From Akkermansia muciniphila ATCC BAA-835 (lineage in GTDB: Bacteria > Verrucomicrobiota > Verrucomicrobiia > Verrucomicrobiales > Akkermansiaceae), in assembly GCF_000020225.1 (NCBI RefSeq), contig NC_010655.1, positions 2,340,001-2,372,000 of the forward strand: a stretch of 32,000 bases of DNA. Direction: 5' to 3'. The notes under the pieces are model-generated. The model had not been told where the DNA came from. It saw nothing but the letters and a program-made list of their open reading frames with translations, and made no database searches. Shown here piece by piece: positions 23,918-32,000 of this stretch (positions are counted from its first letter, which is position 1; each line of letters begins with the position of its first letter). Made by a program: the position numbers and the translations under genes.

Positions 23918-24321
23918 GGAATTAAGGAAAGGCGTTCTGCGGCGGAACCATCCTGCCGTCCCCATCAAGAGCGCCGCACTTCTAAAAAAACGGCTTCCTG
24001 TGCCGTGCAATGTTCTATCTTCACGGCATCACAAAATGCCGATGAGTTCTCCCCGGAAGCCGGATGGTGCGGAAATCTGGTGCTATGAAGAGAATTGCTT
24101 GCCGGAACATGCCAAATCACCGGCAGAAACCATGCATCACGTCATGAACCAATAGACTGTCCGTCAGCGTTTTGAATCATTCTCTGCATCAGCGCTCATC
24201 CCCGCCGCAGAAACGCGCATTTTTTTATGTGGTCTTTTTTTATTCAGAAAGATTCAGGGATTGTCTTTCCCAAGATGATTTGCAATCATCACCCCGAATT
24301 ATTTTCATATCACTACATAAT

Positions 24322-25239
24322 ATGGACACGTCATTGAAACTCCACGGCCTGGTGGCCGCCGTACACACTCCGTTCAAGGCGGACGGTTCCCTGAACCCTT
24401 CCAGCGTTGACGCCCAGGCCAAGTTGCTTGCCTCCCAGGGCATCAAGCTTGCTTTCATTACCGGCAGCACCGGGGAATCCTCCTCCATGCAGCTTGAAGA
24501 ACGCAAGGAAATCTATTCTGCCTGGAAGGAAGCCTCCGCCAAGCATGGCGTGGAAGTTATCGCCCATACCGGTTCCAACAGCGTCTGGGACGCCCGGGAA
24601 CTGGCCTCTTTTGCCCAGGAATGCGGATTCGTGGCCACCAGTTCCCTGGCCCCGTCCTACTACAAGCCCGGCACTGTTCAGCGCCTGGTGGAATGCTGCG
24701 CCTTCGCCGCCTCCGGCGCTCCCGACCTGCCCTATTATTACTACGATATCCCCGTGCTGACGGGCGTACGCTTCAATCCGGTGGATTTCATCAGGCTGGC
24801 CAAGGAACAGATTCCAAATTTCGCAGGCATCAAATTCACCAATCCGGATCTGGCCCTGTACCAGACCACGCTGAATTACGACGAGACCGTGGATATTCCC
24901 TGGGGTGTGGACGAATGGTTTACGGGCGCCCTTTCCGTGGGGGCCAAGGGCGCTGTGGGGAGCTCCTTCAACTTTGCTCCGGCCCTGTACCAGAAACTCA
25001 TGAAAGCCTTTGCGGAAGGCGATGTGGAAACGGCGCGCGACTGCCAGTGGAAATCCGTTCAGATGATCAATATCCTGGCCTCCAAGGGCTATATGGGCTG
25101 CGCCAAGGCTCTGATGGGCTGGCTGGGCGTCGATCTTGGCCCCGCCCGACTTCCGCAGGGCAACCCGACCGCAGATCAGCTGAAGGAACTCCGTTCCGAA
25201 CTGGAAGGCATCGGCTTCTTCCAGTGGGCTTTAAACTGA
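24322..25239 (+). CDS. nanA: N-acetylneuraminate lyase (DapA/NAL family class I aldolase)
   Basis: The DHDPS/NAL family blocks are GLVAAVHTPF, ITGSTGE, YYYDIP and the Schiff-base lysine context FAGIKFT. It sits next to an AGE-type epimerase. The track ORF opens at 24172, but that extension (..FFYVVFFYSERF..) is implausible. ATG 24322 (MDTSLKLHG) gives 305 aa. Confidence 0.82.
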   Translation: MDTSLKLHGLVAAVHTPFKADGSLNPSSVDAQAKLLASQGIKLAFITGSTGESSSMQLEERKEIYSAWKEASAKHGVEVIAHTGSNSVWDARELASFAQECGFVATSSLAPSYYKPGTVQRLVECCAFAASGAPDLPYYYYDIPVLTGVRFNPVDFIRLAKEQIPNFAGIKFTNPDLALYQTTLNYDETVDIPWGVDEWFTGALSVGAKGAVGSSFNFAPALYQKLMKAFAEGDVETARDCQWKSVQMINILASKGYMGCAKALMGWLGVDLGPARLPQGNPTADQLKELRSELEGIGFFQWALN

Positions 25240-25258
25240 ACCCCGGAACCTGACTGAC

Positions 25259-26440
25259 ATGGCTGCAACTCTTGATATGCCCTCTTTGGGCAAGTTCTAC
25301 CGCCGCCAGCTTCTGGAAGACGTTCTGCCGTTCTGGTTCCCCCGCGCCTACGACGAAAAAAACGGTGGTCTTTACCACTGCTTTGACGCAGACGGCACGC
25401 TGGTGGACTCCGACAAATCCGTCTGGGCCCAGGGCCGCATGGCATGGATGCTGCTGACAATGTACAACAGCATCGAAAAGAATACGGACTGGCTCAAATG
25501 GGCGGAAAGCGCCTTGGAATTCCTGAAAACCAAGTGCGTTGACCCGGCGGACGGCCGCATGTTCTTTCATGTGGCTGCCGACGGCACCCCCATCCGCAAA
25601 CGCCGCTACGCCTACAGCGAATCTTTCGCCGCCATCGCCTTTGCAGCGCACGCCAGGGCGACCGGCAGCCGGGATTCCGCCCGTGAAGCCCGCCACTGGT
25701 TCGACATCTTCACGGACAACTGCTTCACTCCCGGCAAAATGGTTCCCAAATTCACCGGGGAACGCCCTACGACCGGTCTGGGCACCCGCATGATTACCCT
25801 GAACACAGCTCAGGAAATGCGCAAGTACCTGGAAGATGACGACGGCTTCTATACCGGCTGGACAGACCGCTGCATCAACGACCTCCGCACCCTGTTCATG
25901 AAACCTGACATCCAGGCAGTCATGGAAGTGGTGGGAACGGACGGTTCCATCATCGACCACTTCGACGAACGCACCCTGAACCCCGGCCACACTACGGAGG
26001 GTGGGTGGTTCGTGCTGGAAGAAGCCCGCCATCGCGGCAATGACCCCGAACTCATCAAGGTGGGCTGCGACATGATCGACTGGGCATTCGCCCGCGGCTG
26101 GGACAAGGAAAACGGCGGCATGCTGTACTACACGGACGTGTACAACAAGCCCGTTCAGGAATACTGGCACAACATGAAGTTCTGGTGGCCGCATGATGAA
26201 GCGCTCATCGCCATGACGCTCGCCTACAAGCTCACAGGGGAAGAACGCTATGCCATCCGTCACGACATGGTGCGCAACTGGGCTTTCTCCCACTTCCAGG
26301 ACGTTCAGCATGGCGACTGGTTCGGCTATCTGAACAAGGACGGTTCCAGGGCTAACACCCTCAAGGGGAGCCTCTGGAAATCCTTCTTCCACCATCCCCG
26401 CGCCATGTGGTGCTGCGCCCACTACTGCGGCGCCATTTAA
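25259..26440 (+). CDS. N-acylglucosamine 2-epimerase (AGE / renin-binding-protein family)
   Basis: The 393-aa ORF follows the AGE-family pattern: LLEDVLPFWF..DEKNGGLY, KSVWAQGRMAWML, GHTTEGGWF, WDKENGGMLYY, KFWWPHDEALIA and HFQD..HGDWFGYL. Confidence 0.85.
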   Translation: MAATLDMPSLGKFYRRQLLEDVLPFWFPRAYDEKNGGLYHCFDADGTLVDSDKSVWAQGRMAWMLLTMYNSIEKNTDWLKWAESALEFLKTKCVDPADGRMFFHVAADGTPIRKRRYAYSESFAAIAFAAHARATGSRDSAREARHWFDIFTDNCFTPGKMVPKFTGERPTTGLGTRMITLNTAQEMRKYLEDDDGFYTGWTDRCINDLRTLFMKPDIQAVMEVVGTDGSIIDHFDERTLNPGHTTEGGWFVLEEARHRGNDPELIKVGCDMIDWAFARGWDKENGGMLYYTDVYNKPVQEYWHNMKFWWPHDEALIAMTLAYKLTGEERYAIRHDMVRNWAFSHFQDVQHGDWFGYLNKDGSRANTLKGSLWKSFFHHPRAMWCCAHYCGAI

Positions 26441-26451
26441 GAAGGCGTCAG

Positions 26452-26487
26452 GCGGTCATTCCATATCCATGGAACGGCCGCTTTTTT
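26452..26487 (+). terminator. Intrinsic terminator after the epimerase gene
   Basis: GCGGTCATTCCAT (26452-26464) pairs with ATGGAACGGCCGC (26469-26481), 11 of 13 pairs, with a 4-nt loop ATCC. T6 follows at 26482-26487. It lies 12 nt after the stop. Confidence 0.7.
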
Positions 26488-26547
26488 ATGCCCTCAATAC
26501 CAAAATTCAGAGGGTTCCGGATAAAACAATCTATCCGTTTTCCACCC

Positions 26548-27162
26548 TCAACACAGGATAATATCCTCCGTCCGCACCACCACATCGCCGGGATCCAGCA
26601 TGGAATTAATCAGGGAACAGAAGCGGAATTTGCCTATATCTTCCGCTCTTACGGAACATTCCTGAATGTCTCCGCGGGACAGCAGGAAGGCGCGCTTGGT
26701 TCCCGGGAGCAGGAAAGTTTCCGGAGTAACCCAGAAAGACCCGTCCCCGAACACCACGTTGCTGTACCGCGTATCCGTCACCATCCCGTTCCGGAGAATC
26801 AGCGCTTCTTCGTCACAGCCCAACGCCGCCCCTGCCGCCAGAAGCCCTGTCCGATCCTCCCACTTGCATGAGTAATCCAGCCCGGGCATTTCCACACACG
26901 TCAGCGTCTTCACCTGCCGGGGACGGTAGGGCTCAAAGGAGGTGCGGCGCACCCTTCCCCGCGTATCATACGTGATATGGCATTTGTAAACACCACGGCC
27001 CTCCGGGCCGGGACAGTCCGAAAGAACGGAAGCCAGATCGGGGACGGAAGCTCCGTCCGAACCATGAACGCCGATGGCGGCCTCCATCCTCCGCTGGTGC
27101 CAGGGAAGCAGACAGGGAGCGCCATTCTCCCATTTAACGGTTTCAAAAATCAAACGGCACAT
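26548..27162 (-). CDS. pabC: Aminodeoxychorismate lyase-like (class IV aminotransferase fold, short form)
   Basis: The N-terminus LIFETVKWENGAPCLLPWHQRRM matches the ..ET.....G.......H..R. opening of PabC/class IV enzymes. The length is about 204 aa. It overlaps the end of pabB by 20 nt (ATG 27162). The track start is TTG 27174. Confidence 0.65.
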   Translation of the reverse strand: MCRLIFETVKWENGAPCLLPWHQRRMEAAIGVHGSDGASVPDLASVLSDCPGPEGRGVYKCHITYDTRGRVRRTSFEPYRPRQVKTLTCVEMPGLDYSCKWEDRTGLLAAGAALGCDEEALILRNGMVTDTRYSNVVFGDGSFWVTPETFLLPGTKRAFLLSRGDIQECSVRAEDIGKFRFCSLINSMLDPGDVVVRTEDIILC

Positions 27163-28159
27163 AAACTTTGGCAACAGCTTCCTGGTATTCCTCTTCCATC
27201 CGGCTCATGACGGTAATTCCTCCACCGCTCTTGTATACCATTCCCCGTTCATCCTCCTCCATGAAGCGGATGGAGACGGCGGAATCCAAATCCCGCCCGT
27301 TGAAAAAGCCGAAAATTCCGGTATAAAACCCCCTCTCCATATCCTCCGCTTCCGCGATGGCCCGGCAGGTGGCTTCCTTGGGCGCTCCGGTCACGCTCCC
27401 GGCAGGAAGCAGCTTCAGAAGGATTTCCCCCAGGCGGGAACGCCAGTTTTCCGGCAACAGCCCGGAAATCTCGGAACTGCATTGAAGAATAGGCCCTTTG
27501 GACGTTTCTACAGGGCTGATATAGCGGTAACGCTTCACCCTCACGCCGGTTGCCACCATGGAAAGATCATTGCGCATCAGATCCACAATGGTGGCGGATT
27601 CCCTATTCTCCTTTTCATCCGTTTCCAGCCAGCGGCGCGCTTCCTGCGTAGCGGACGGAACCGTTCCCTTCATGGGAAACGTGGAAATGGAGCGGCCGCG
27701 CACCGTGACAAACGGTTCCGGAGAAAAGCAGACGCAGCCGCGGCCGTGCACTCCGGAAATCCGCGCGTCCGGCCCCAGCAGCATCCGGTAAGGCGCGCGG
27801 GCAAACCGGAACAGATGGCGCAGCGTCAGGTTGGTTTCCACGGGGGTGGACACGCATAAATTCAGCAGGTAGGAATCCCCCCTCATCAGATGGTTCCGGA
27901 CGGAGGCGAAGGATGCCGCATACCGGGACACGGGATGGGGGGATGGAATGAACCGCAGCCGTTCCGGAAGCGGAGGGCCGCCGTCCTGATTTCCCATCGT
28001 GCCCAGCGGCAGGGAAAAAGCAGCCATGCGCTCCCCCTCCGTTTCCGAAGGTTCAAACAGCAGGTTATGGCCCATATCATGGGAGATGACAAAAAAGAAC
28101 GGACACTCCGCACGGCCCAGGGCATTCATGCGGCTGATGGTCTGTTCCCGTGTGTACAT
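27143..28159 (-). CDS. pabB: Aminodeoxychorismate synthase component I (short, chorismate-binding domain only)
   Basis: The chorismate-binding enzyme blocks are SPEPFV, PMKGT, ENRESATIVDLMRND, LLPAGSVTGAPK, ERGFYTGIFGFF and SIRF..SGGGI. It is flanked by pabC-like and pabA-like genes. Confidence 0.82.
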   Translation of the reverse strand: MYTREQTISRMNALGRAECPFFFVISHDMGHNLLFEPSETEGERMAAFSLPLGTMGNQDGGPPLPERLRFIPSPHPVSRYAASFASVRNHLMRGDSYLLNLCVSTPVETNLTLRHLFRFARAPYRMLLGPDARISGVHGRGCVCFSPEPFVTVRGRSISTFPMKGTVPSATQEARRWLETDEKENRESATIVDLMRNDLSMVATGVRVKRYRYISPVETSKGPILQCSSEISGLLPENWRSRLGEILLKLLPAGSVTGAPKEATCRAIAEAEDMERGFYTGIFGFFNGRDLDSAVSIRFMEEDERGMVYKSGGGITVMSRMEEEYQEAVAKVYVPFDF

Positions 28160-28189
28160 TGTCGGGAATTACTCTATCATGTGCGCGCC

Positions 28190-28807
28190 ATGAGTCAACC
28201 GAACGTCTGGATCATCGACCACCGGGATTCCTTCACCTGGAATCTTGCGGAACTCGTCAGAATGACGGGAATGGCCGTTCCGCGCGTGGTTTCCAATGAA
28301 TCCCCGGAACTGGAACAGGCGGTTCAGGCGGGGGAAAAGCTTATCCTGTCTCCCGGTCCGGGAACGGTGGAGGATGCCTGCCACCGGGCCACCTTCCGTC
28401 TTCTGGACCGCCTGCCCCGCTTTACCCCGGTGCTGGGCGTATGCCTGGGGCATCAGATCCTGGGCGTGCGCTTCGGAGCCCGTCTGGAACACCTTTCCCG
28501 CCCCCTTCACGGAGCGCGGGAAGTCATATGCAGGACGGAGCAGTGTCCCCTCCTGGAAGGATTGCCGGAGCAATTTCCTGCCGCGCTTTACCATTCCTGG
28601 CGCCTTGCCGCTTTTCCCTGGCCGGCGGAGCTGATTGTCACGGCGAGGGATTCCGGGAAAAACGTGCAGGCCATCCGCCACAGGCACCTCCCCCTTTACG
28701 GCATTCAGTTCCATCCGGAATCCATCCTGACGCCGGACGGAGAAGCGCTGCTCCGGAACTTCCTGTCCCTTCCGGCAGGCAGCAGGGAAAAACGGCGCAT
28801 CAAATGA
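28190..28807 (+). CDS. pabA: Aminodeoxychorismate/anthranilate synthase component II (class I glutamine amidotransferase)
   Basis: The N-terminus VWIIDHRDSFTWNLAELV is present, with the catalytic elbow LGVCLGHQ and the His-Glu context GIQFHPES. ATG 28190 lies inside the longer 27890..28807 track ORF. The PabA versus TrpG choice rests on adjacency to pabB. Confidence 0.8.
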   Translation: MSQPNVWIIDHRDSFTWNLAELVRMTGMAVPRVVSNESPELEQAVQAGEKLILSPGPGTVEDACHRATFRLLDRLPRFTPVLGVCLGHQILGVRFGARLEHLSRPLHGAREVICRTEQCPLLEGLPEQFPAALYHSWRLAAFPWPAELIVTARDSGKNVQAIRHRHLPLYGIQFHPESILTPDGEALLRNFLSLPAGSREKRRIK

Positions 28808-28923
28808 TTCAATTCCAGCCGCCTGGCATCAGGGATGAACGGGACAAGACCGGAAAGTGTCTCACTCCCGTGCGGTTCCGGTTCCCATGCCCGGCCGCTT
28901 CAGAGATAACGTTTTTCACCTTT

Positions 28924-30060
28924 ATGAATGCACAGGACGAACTCAAGATCAGGGACATGGAAATCCTGTTCCAGCCCTTCCACTCACGCAAGCTCAGCAC
29001 TCCCACCCGCATCGTCCTTCCGGCCATGACCCGGGGATTTTCTCCCAACGGGGTTCCCACGGACCAGGTAGCCGCTTATTACAAAAGGCGGGCCAGACAT
29101 GAAGTAGGGCTCATCATCACGGAGGGCACTTTCATTGACGAGCCCAGCGCCTCGCCTTCCTCCAACTATCCCAATTTCTTCGGGGGCGCTTCCCTGCGGG
29201 GATGGAAAAAGGTGCTGGAAGCCGTCCACACCACGGATTGTAAAATAGCCCCGCAACTCTGGCATGTGGGTATGGCCCGGCCCTTCAAGGGAGAAAACCT
29301 GCCCAATCCGGAGTTGCCGCCCATCGGCCCTTCCGGAATTGACGTAAACACGCTGGAACAGACGGCGGAACCGATGAGCATCGCTAAAATTGAGGAGGTT
29401 ATCAATGCTTTTGCGAGGGCGGCTGCGGACGCCAAGCGGCTGGGTTTTGACGGTGTGGAACTGCATGGAGCGCACGGCTACCTGATTGACCAGTTTTTCT
29501 GGAAGGAGACCAACAGGCGCACGGACGAATACGGAGGCGACCTGGTAGGCCGGACCCGTTTTGCCAGCCGCATCATCCATGCCGTCCGCAAGGCAGTGGG
29601 CAGCCAGTTCCCCATCATCTTCCGCTTCTCCCAATGGAAAACAGTCCATTATAACGCCAAGCTGGCGTATACCCCCATGGAACTGGAAGCTTTTCTGGCT
29701 CCGCTGACGGATGCGGGCGTGGATATCTTTGACTGTTCCACGCGCCGGTTTTGGGAACCGGAGTTTGAAGGTACCCGCCTCAATCTGGCCGGCTGGACCA
29801 GGAAGCTTACCGGAAAGCCCACGATCTCCGTCGGCTCCGTGGGGCTTAAGGGAGATTTTACGAATGCCTTTGACGGGGGGCCGGAAGCGGAGGCCGCCAG
29901 TGTGGAACCTCTGGTGGAACGGCTGAAAGCAGGGGAATTTGACCTGATTGCCGTAGGCCGCGCCCTGCTGGCGGATGCGGAATGGGCGGAAAAAATACGC
30001 CATGCGCGGGAAAAAGATATCCACCTGTTTACGAAGGAAGACCTGAAAACGCTGAAATAA
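28924..30060 (+). CDS. NADH:flavin oxidoreductase (Old Yellow Enzyme family)
   Basis: The OYE family blocks are LFQPFHSRKLSTPTRIVLPAMTR, QLWHVG, GFDGVELHGAHGYLIDQF, TNRRTDEYGG and DLIAVGRALLADAEWAEKI. The start is uncertain. The options are ATG 28924 (MNAQDELK), ATG 28957 (MEILFQPF) or ATG 28804, which forms an ATGA overlap with the pabA stop. Confidence 0.85.
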   Translation: MNAQDELKIRDMEILFQPFHSRKLSTPTRIVLPAMTRGFSPNGVPTDQVAAYYKRRARHEVGLIITEGTFIDEPSASPSSNYPNFFGGASLRGWKKVLEAVHTTDCKIAPQLWHVGMARPFKGENLPNPELPPIGPSGIDVNTLEQTAEPMSIAKIEEVINAFARAAADAKRLGFDGVELHGAHGYLIDQFFWKETNRRTDEYGGDLVGRTRFASRIIHAVRKAVGSQFPIIFRFSQWKTVHYNAKLAYTPMELEAFLAPLTDAGVDIFDCSTRRFWEPEFEGTRLNLAGWTRKLTGKPTISVGSVGLKGDFTNAFDGGPEAEAASVEPLVERLKAGEFDLIAVGRALLADAEWAEKIRHAREKDIHLFTKEDLKTLK

Positions 30061-30203
30061 CGGATTTGCCTGACCGCAAGGATGATGCGGGAACTCACTC
30101 CGCAAAGCCGGGAGGGGCAAAAACGCCAGGCCGCTCCAAAACGGAGGAGCCGTCTTCTTTCCCCGTTTCCTCAGCAATCATCATTCCCGCAGAGGAGATT
30201 CTT

Positions 30204-30908
30204 TTATTTCTTCCTGACGCGGACAGTCAGGTACAACAGCCGCAAAAGAGCCAGTGCCGGAATCTGAAGCGTCAGGAAATACCACGGAGCGGGCCCGAAA
30301 TATTCCAGTACGGTCCCTGCCGGAGCATACCGGGTAAAACCGTAATTCGTATCCAGCCAGATATTCACCGGAATAATACAAACCAGGTAGGCGTCGCACA
30401 AACCCAGCGCCCGCATGTCATCCCACGGCCGCGCACGCCATTGCAGGACGGCGGGAAGGTAAAGAGCGGAAATCAATAAAAGCCCATGCCCGATGAAAAA
30501 GGCGAAAAAGGCGACGGAGGGGAAACCGTCGTGAAGCATGGGGGTAATCAATCCCTGGACGCTTGCCGTCAGCACGCCGAAATACGCCACGGCGCATGCC
30601 CAGGGTGTACGGAACCACAGGGCGATAAAACAGACCAGAGCCATCAGACTGCAAAAATGCAGCGGAAGCCTGTCCTGCCAGGGCTCCCAATGTTCTCTGA
30701 CGATGCGGCCGAATGTTTCCATCAGGAAAGTCAGCAGGAAAAAGCTTCCCAGAACCTTTCCCACAAGCAAACGGCTCTCCATCCGGAGCCGCCGGCATCC
30801 CCACAGGAGCCCCCCTGCTGCCAGCGCCACGATGCCCAGGGCAGCCCAGTGCGGCAGGCTCCAACGGACAAACAGGGGCGCAATTTCTCCGGTCATAAAA
30901 AAATCCAT
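30204..30908 (-). CDS. TIGR02206/YwaF-like (TMEM164-related) integral membrane protein
   Basis: A polytopic membrane ORF with the family-typical LPLHFCSL motif. ATG 30908 (MDFFMTGEI) overlaps the upstream stop by 1 nt (TGATG). The track start at 30935 would overlap the upstream gene by 28 nt. Confidence 0.65.
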   Translation of the reverse strand: MDFFMTGEIAPLFVRWSLPHWAALGIVALAAGGLLWGCRRLRMESRLLVGKVLGSFFLLTFLMETFGRIVREHWEPWQDRLPLHFCSLMALVCFIALWFRTPWACAVAYFGVLTASVQGLITPMLHDGFPSVAFFAFFIGHGLLLISALYLPAVLQWRARPWDDMRALGLCDAYLVCIIPVNIWLDTNYGFTRYAPAGTVLEYFGPAPWYFLTLQIPALALLRLLYLTVRVRKK

Positions 30909-31399
30909 CAACGGGAAGGAGGAGGTTCCGGGCACGCATGAAGTTTGGCGCTGACGGCCTCCACCTTAAGACGCAGAACACATACGGAACGGACCATGCC
31001 GGGGGTAAAATCCGCATCCCTGCCCGTCTGGTGTAGCATGATGCGGCGCAAGGCATGCATCTTTTCCTCATCCTCCCGGAGAAATTCGACGACGCCACGC
31101 CCCATGACGCAGCCGTAGGCGTAACTGTACCGGCACGGGACATCCCCCTCCAGCAACACATGATCCCCATCCATTTCAAAAGAAACCTCCGGACGGTTTT
31201 GCAGGATATCCAGCTTCCTCCCTTCCCTGGCGCAGTGGAAAAACAGGCTCAGGGAACCATTTTTTTCTTCATATCCGAAGTTGAGGGGAACTACATACAC
31301 CTCCCTGCCGTCCCACAGTCCCAGGCGGCACACCTTGAACCGGGCGACCATTTCCATCAAATCCCCGTGCCGGGTCACTTCCCTGTCTTTTCTTCTCAT
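30908..31399 (-). CDS. Pyridoxamine 5'-phosphate oxidase-family (split-barrel FMN-binding, NimA-like) protein
   Basis: MRRKDREVT...CRLGLWDGREVYVVPLNFGY...LFFHCAREGRKLDIL..PEVSFEMD is the typical opening of the Pyridox_ox_2-type family. ATG 31399 forms an ATGA overlap with the upstream stop. The track start is 31420. Confidence 0.75.
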   Translation of the reverse strand: MRRKDREVTRHGDLMEMVARFKVCRLGLWDGREVYVVPLNFGYEEKNGSLSLFFHCAREGRKLDILQNRPEVSFEMDGDHVLLEGDVPCRYSYAYGCVMGRGVVEFLREDEEKMHALRRIMLHQTGRDADFTPGMVRSVCVLRLKVEAVSAKLHACPEPPPSR

Positions 31400-32000
31400 A
31401 AGCCGGCGCCCTCCATCCATTCATTCATGCAAAGGGCGGCACGTCCGGCCAGCAGGGAGCCATTCCGTACGGAAGCCGCCCGAAGTCCGCAAATATCCGT
31501 CCCCGCCTGCATCAATTCACAGGCATGGCCGGTCAGCCACTCCTCCATCCGGGAAACATCCGCCTCCACATGGAACTGGAGAGCCAGGGCATGCCTCCCT
31601 ATGCAAAAAGCCTGATGGGGAGTTACCTCCGTGGATGCCAGCAGGTGCGCTCCGGAAGGGACATCAAACGTATCCCCATGCCAATGCAGGACGGGCACCC
31701 CCTCCAGATAACGGAGAGGGGACAAACGCCCGTCCCCCGTCAGGGATACGGTTCCCCACCCTATTTCCCTGGCCTTTCCGGGATAAACGCGGCTGCCGAG
31801 GGCATGGGCCATCATTTGAGCTCCGAGGCATACGCCCAGCAGAGGCTGCCGACTTTCCAGACGCATGCGGACCAAATCCAGTTCCGTCTTCAAATAGGGA
31901 TACGATTCCGTATCCCCCACCCCTACGGGACCGCCCAGCACCACGCACAGGTCAGCCTCCAGCCATTCCCGGACGGAAGGACAGGGAGCGCCCGCCCGAA
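31396..32000 (-). CDS. Class I glutamine amidotransferase (GuaA-GATase-like stand-alone domain); N-terminus beyond the right edge
   Basis: The catalytic elbow LGVCLGAQ is present, with HWHGDTF and the His-Glu context LQFHVE. The reading frame stays open upstream of the track's GTG 31944 (..RAGAPCPSVREWLEADLCVVLGGP..) to the window end, so the gene is 5'-truncated here. Confidence 0.75.
   Translation of the reverse strand, partial: RAGAPCPSVREWLEADLCVVLGGPVGVGDTESYPYLKTELDLVRMRLESRQPLLGVCLGAQMMAHALGSRVYPGKAREIGWGTVSLTGDGRLSPLRYLEGVPVLHWHGDTFDVPSGAHLLASTEVTPHQAFCIGRHALALQFHVEADVSRMEEWLTGHACELMQAGTDICGLRAASVRNGSLLAGRAALCMNEWMEGAGL

Noticed and set aside
23856-24155. 99-aa plus-strand ORF overlapping the end of the 518-aa gene and running into the nanA upstream gap. 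It includes an internal 39-codon ORF from ATG 24036.
   Set aside because: It has no SD and a Pro/Arg/Cys-rich, unconvincing translation, and it overlaps a better-supported gene. The region is better described as non-coding leader.
1-32000. Scan for a defence island, mobile element, CRISPR array, or rRNA, tRNA, RNase P, SRP or tmRNA genes.
   Set aside because: I found no spaced direct repeats, no integrase, transposase or phage-like ORFs, no tRNA-like cloverleaf candidates in the intergenic gaps, and no conserved RNase P, SRP or tmRNA core motifs. Composition looks broadly uniform, apart from a somewhat AT-richer GNAT region.

Overview
Dense, apparently chromosomal bacterial window, roughly mid-50s % GC by eye, with few Shine-Dalgarno sites. 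The gene content is reminiscent of a mucin-associated Verrucomicrobiota (Akkermansia-like) genome, but I cannot verify that impression. I can support 28 protein-coding genes. I recognised no rRNA, tRNA, CRISPR array, transposase, integrase or prophage gene.

Main blocks:
- 1-8329 (-): the N-terminal part of a ResB-like cytochrome c biogenesis gene, then a tightly packed seven-gene iron-acquisition operon. Its order is imelysin, DUF1111-type haem-c oxidoreductase, FkbO/Hyg5-like chorismatase (RidA fold), then a permease-permease-ATPase-binding protein siderophore ABC importer of the CeuBCDE/YclNOPQ type.
- 8584-10581 (-): a PAT-like GNAT acetyltransferase, a 143-aa orphan and hpt.
- 10820-13657 (+): polA.
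- 13856-18612 (-): a YbjN-like protein with an orphan HlyD-type adaptor, then purB and pepT.
- 18729-23917 (+): a 917-aa secreted coiled-coil/TPR protein, a beta-hydroxyacid dehydrogenase-family enzyme and a 518-aa secreted protein that looks like a degenerate MA-clan peptidase.
- 24322-26440 (+): N-acetylneuraminate lyase plus an AGE-type N-acylglucosamine 2-epimerase (sialic acid catabolism).
- 26548-30060: pabC-pabB (-), divergent from pabA and an Old-Yellow-Enzyme flavin oxidoreductase (+).
- 30204-32000 (-): a translationally coupled operon of a class I glutamine amidotransferase, a PNPOx-like flavoprotein and a TIGR02206 membrane protein.

Most of the window is ordinary core metabolism. 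The most interesting item is the chorismatase-like gene embedded inside the iron-uptake operon, and that operon's unusual architecture and leader. Several track ORFs begin at upstream GTG/TTG codons or run into neighbouring genes, so I trimmed them to the first plausible ATG. All functional calls come from motif and family recognition by eye. No database search was possible.
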